DNA of 62,941 bases, the filler included, from Octopus bimaculoides (Eukaryota), in NCBI RefSeq assembly GCF_001194135.2. It is 6 parts of 6 records of this genome, joined end to end, with 100 filler letters (N's around TTAATTAATTAA, not from the genome) between each part and the next. Parts side by side here need not be neighbours in the genome. Positions count along the whole stretch, not along the records: positions 61,502 to 62,941 come from NW_026419735.1; 5 more parts are not named here. One strand, 5' to 3'. Below, piece after piece: positions 62,643 through 62,941 of this stretch (position 1 is its first letter; every line of letters begins with the position of its first letter). A program made the position numbers and the translations under genes. The notes under the pieces are model-generated. The model was not told the origin of the DNA. It was given only the letters and a program-made list of their open reading frames with translations, and did not search any database.

Positions 62643-62714
62643 AGAATACTGTCTCTGTAATCTCAAATTTTGTTCCGATCTCATAATTTTCTTATGTTTT
62701 CTTAAACATTCTCT

Positions 62715-62847
62715 AGATTAATACTATGTGCAAAACTAAATACATGACACCCTAGACATAATACCAACTTGAACTTCTAACTTGTCTCTTGAGGTCTCTG
62801 GGTGAGACTTGGAGTCAATTTGAACAAATACAAAGCAAAATTCATGC

Positions 62848-62889
<42 letters not shown>

Positions 62890-62890
62890 T
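62715..62890 (+). mobile_element. Probable R4/Dong-type 3'UTR with a (TAA)n tail
   Basis: GAGGTCTCTGGGTGAGACTTGGAG..CAAAGCAAAA then (TAA)n; assignment by tail type only. Confidence 0.35.
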
Positions 62891-62941
62891 AAGAATGTGT
62901 GTGTGTGTGTGTGTGTGTGTCTGTCTGTCTGTCTGTCTGTC

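Overview
AT-rich, microsatellite-dense eukaryotic draft scaffold with many N gaps. The SINE families and repeat landscape suggest an octopus genome (inference, not a database hit). Most of the window is transposon debris: two abundant tRNA-derived SINE families (called A and B here), one V-domain-like SINE, RTE and R4/Dong LINE ends, and decayed mariner, Tigger/pogo, hAT-Charlie, piggyBac and DD37D transposases, plus several MITEs. No long intact ORF exists; nearly all listed ORFs are gap, microsatellite or antisense artefacts. Canonical splice signals suggest short + strand exons of one or two unrecognised genes (about 2.4-8.3 kb and 11.4-47.2 kb), but the exon chaining is inferred. The most unusual features are: a palindromic MITE with 38-bp TIRs, a 6-bp TSD and an outward-facing telomeric-repeat core; a 1.3-kb gag/CCHC-only retroelement with a 16-bp TSD and a paralogous empty site 700 bp away; a near-perfect 167-bp inverted repeat enclosing a micro-exon; an in-frame internally deleted mariner; a 125-bp palindrome; and a sharp CpG-decay boundary near 11-12 kb. 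I found no clear new multi-gene system.
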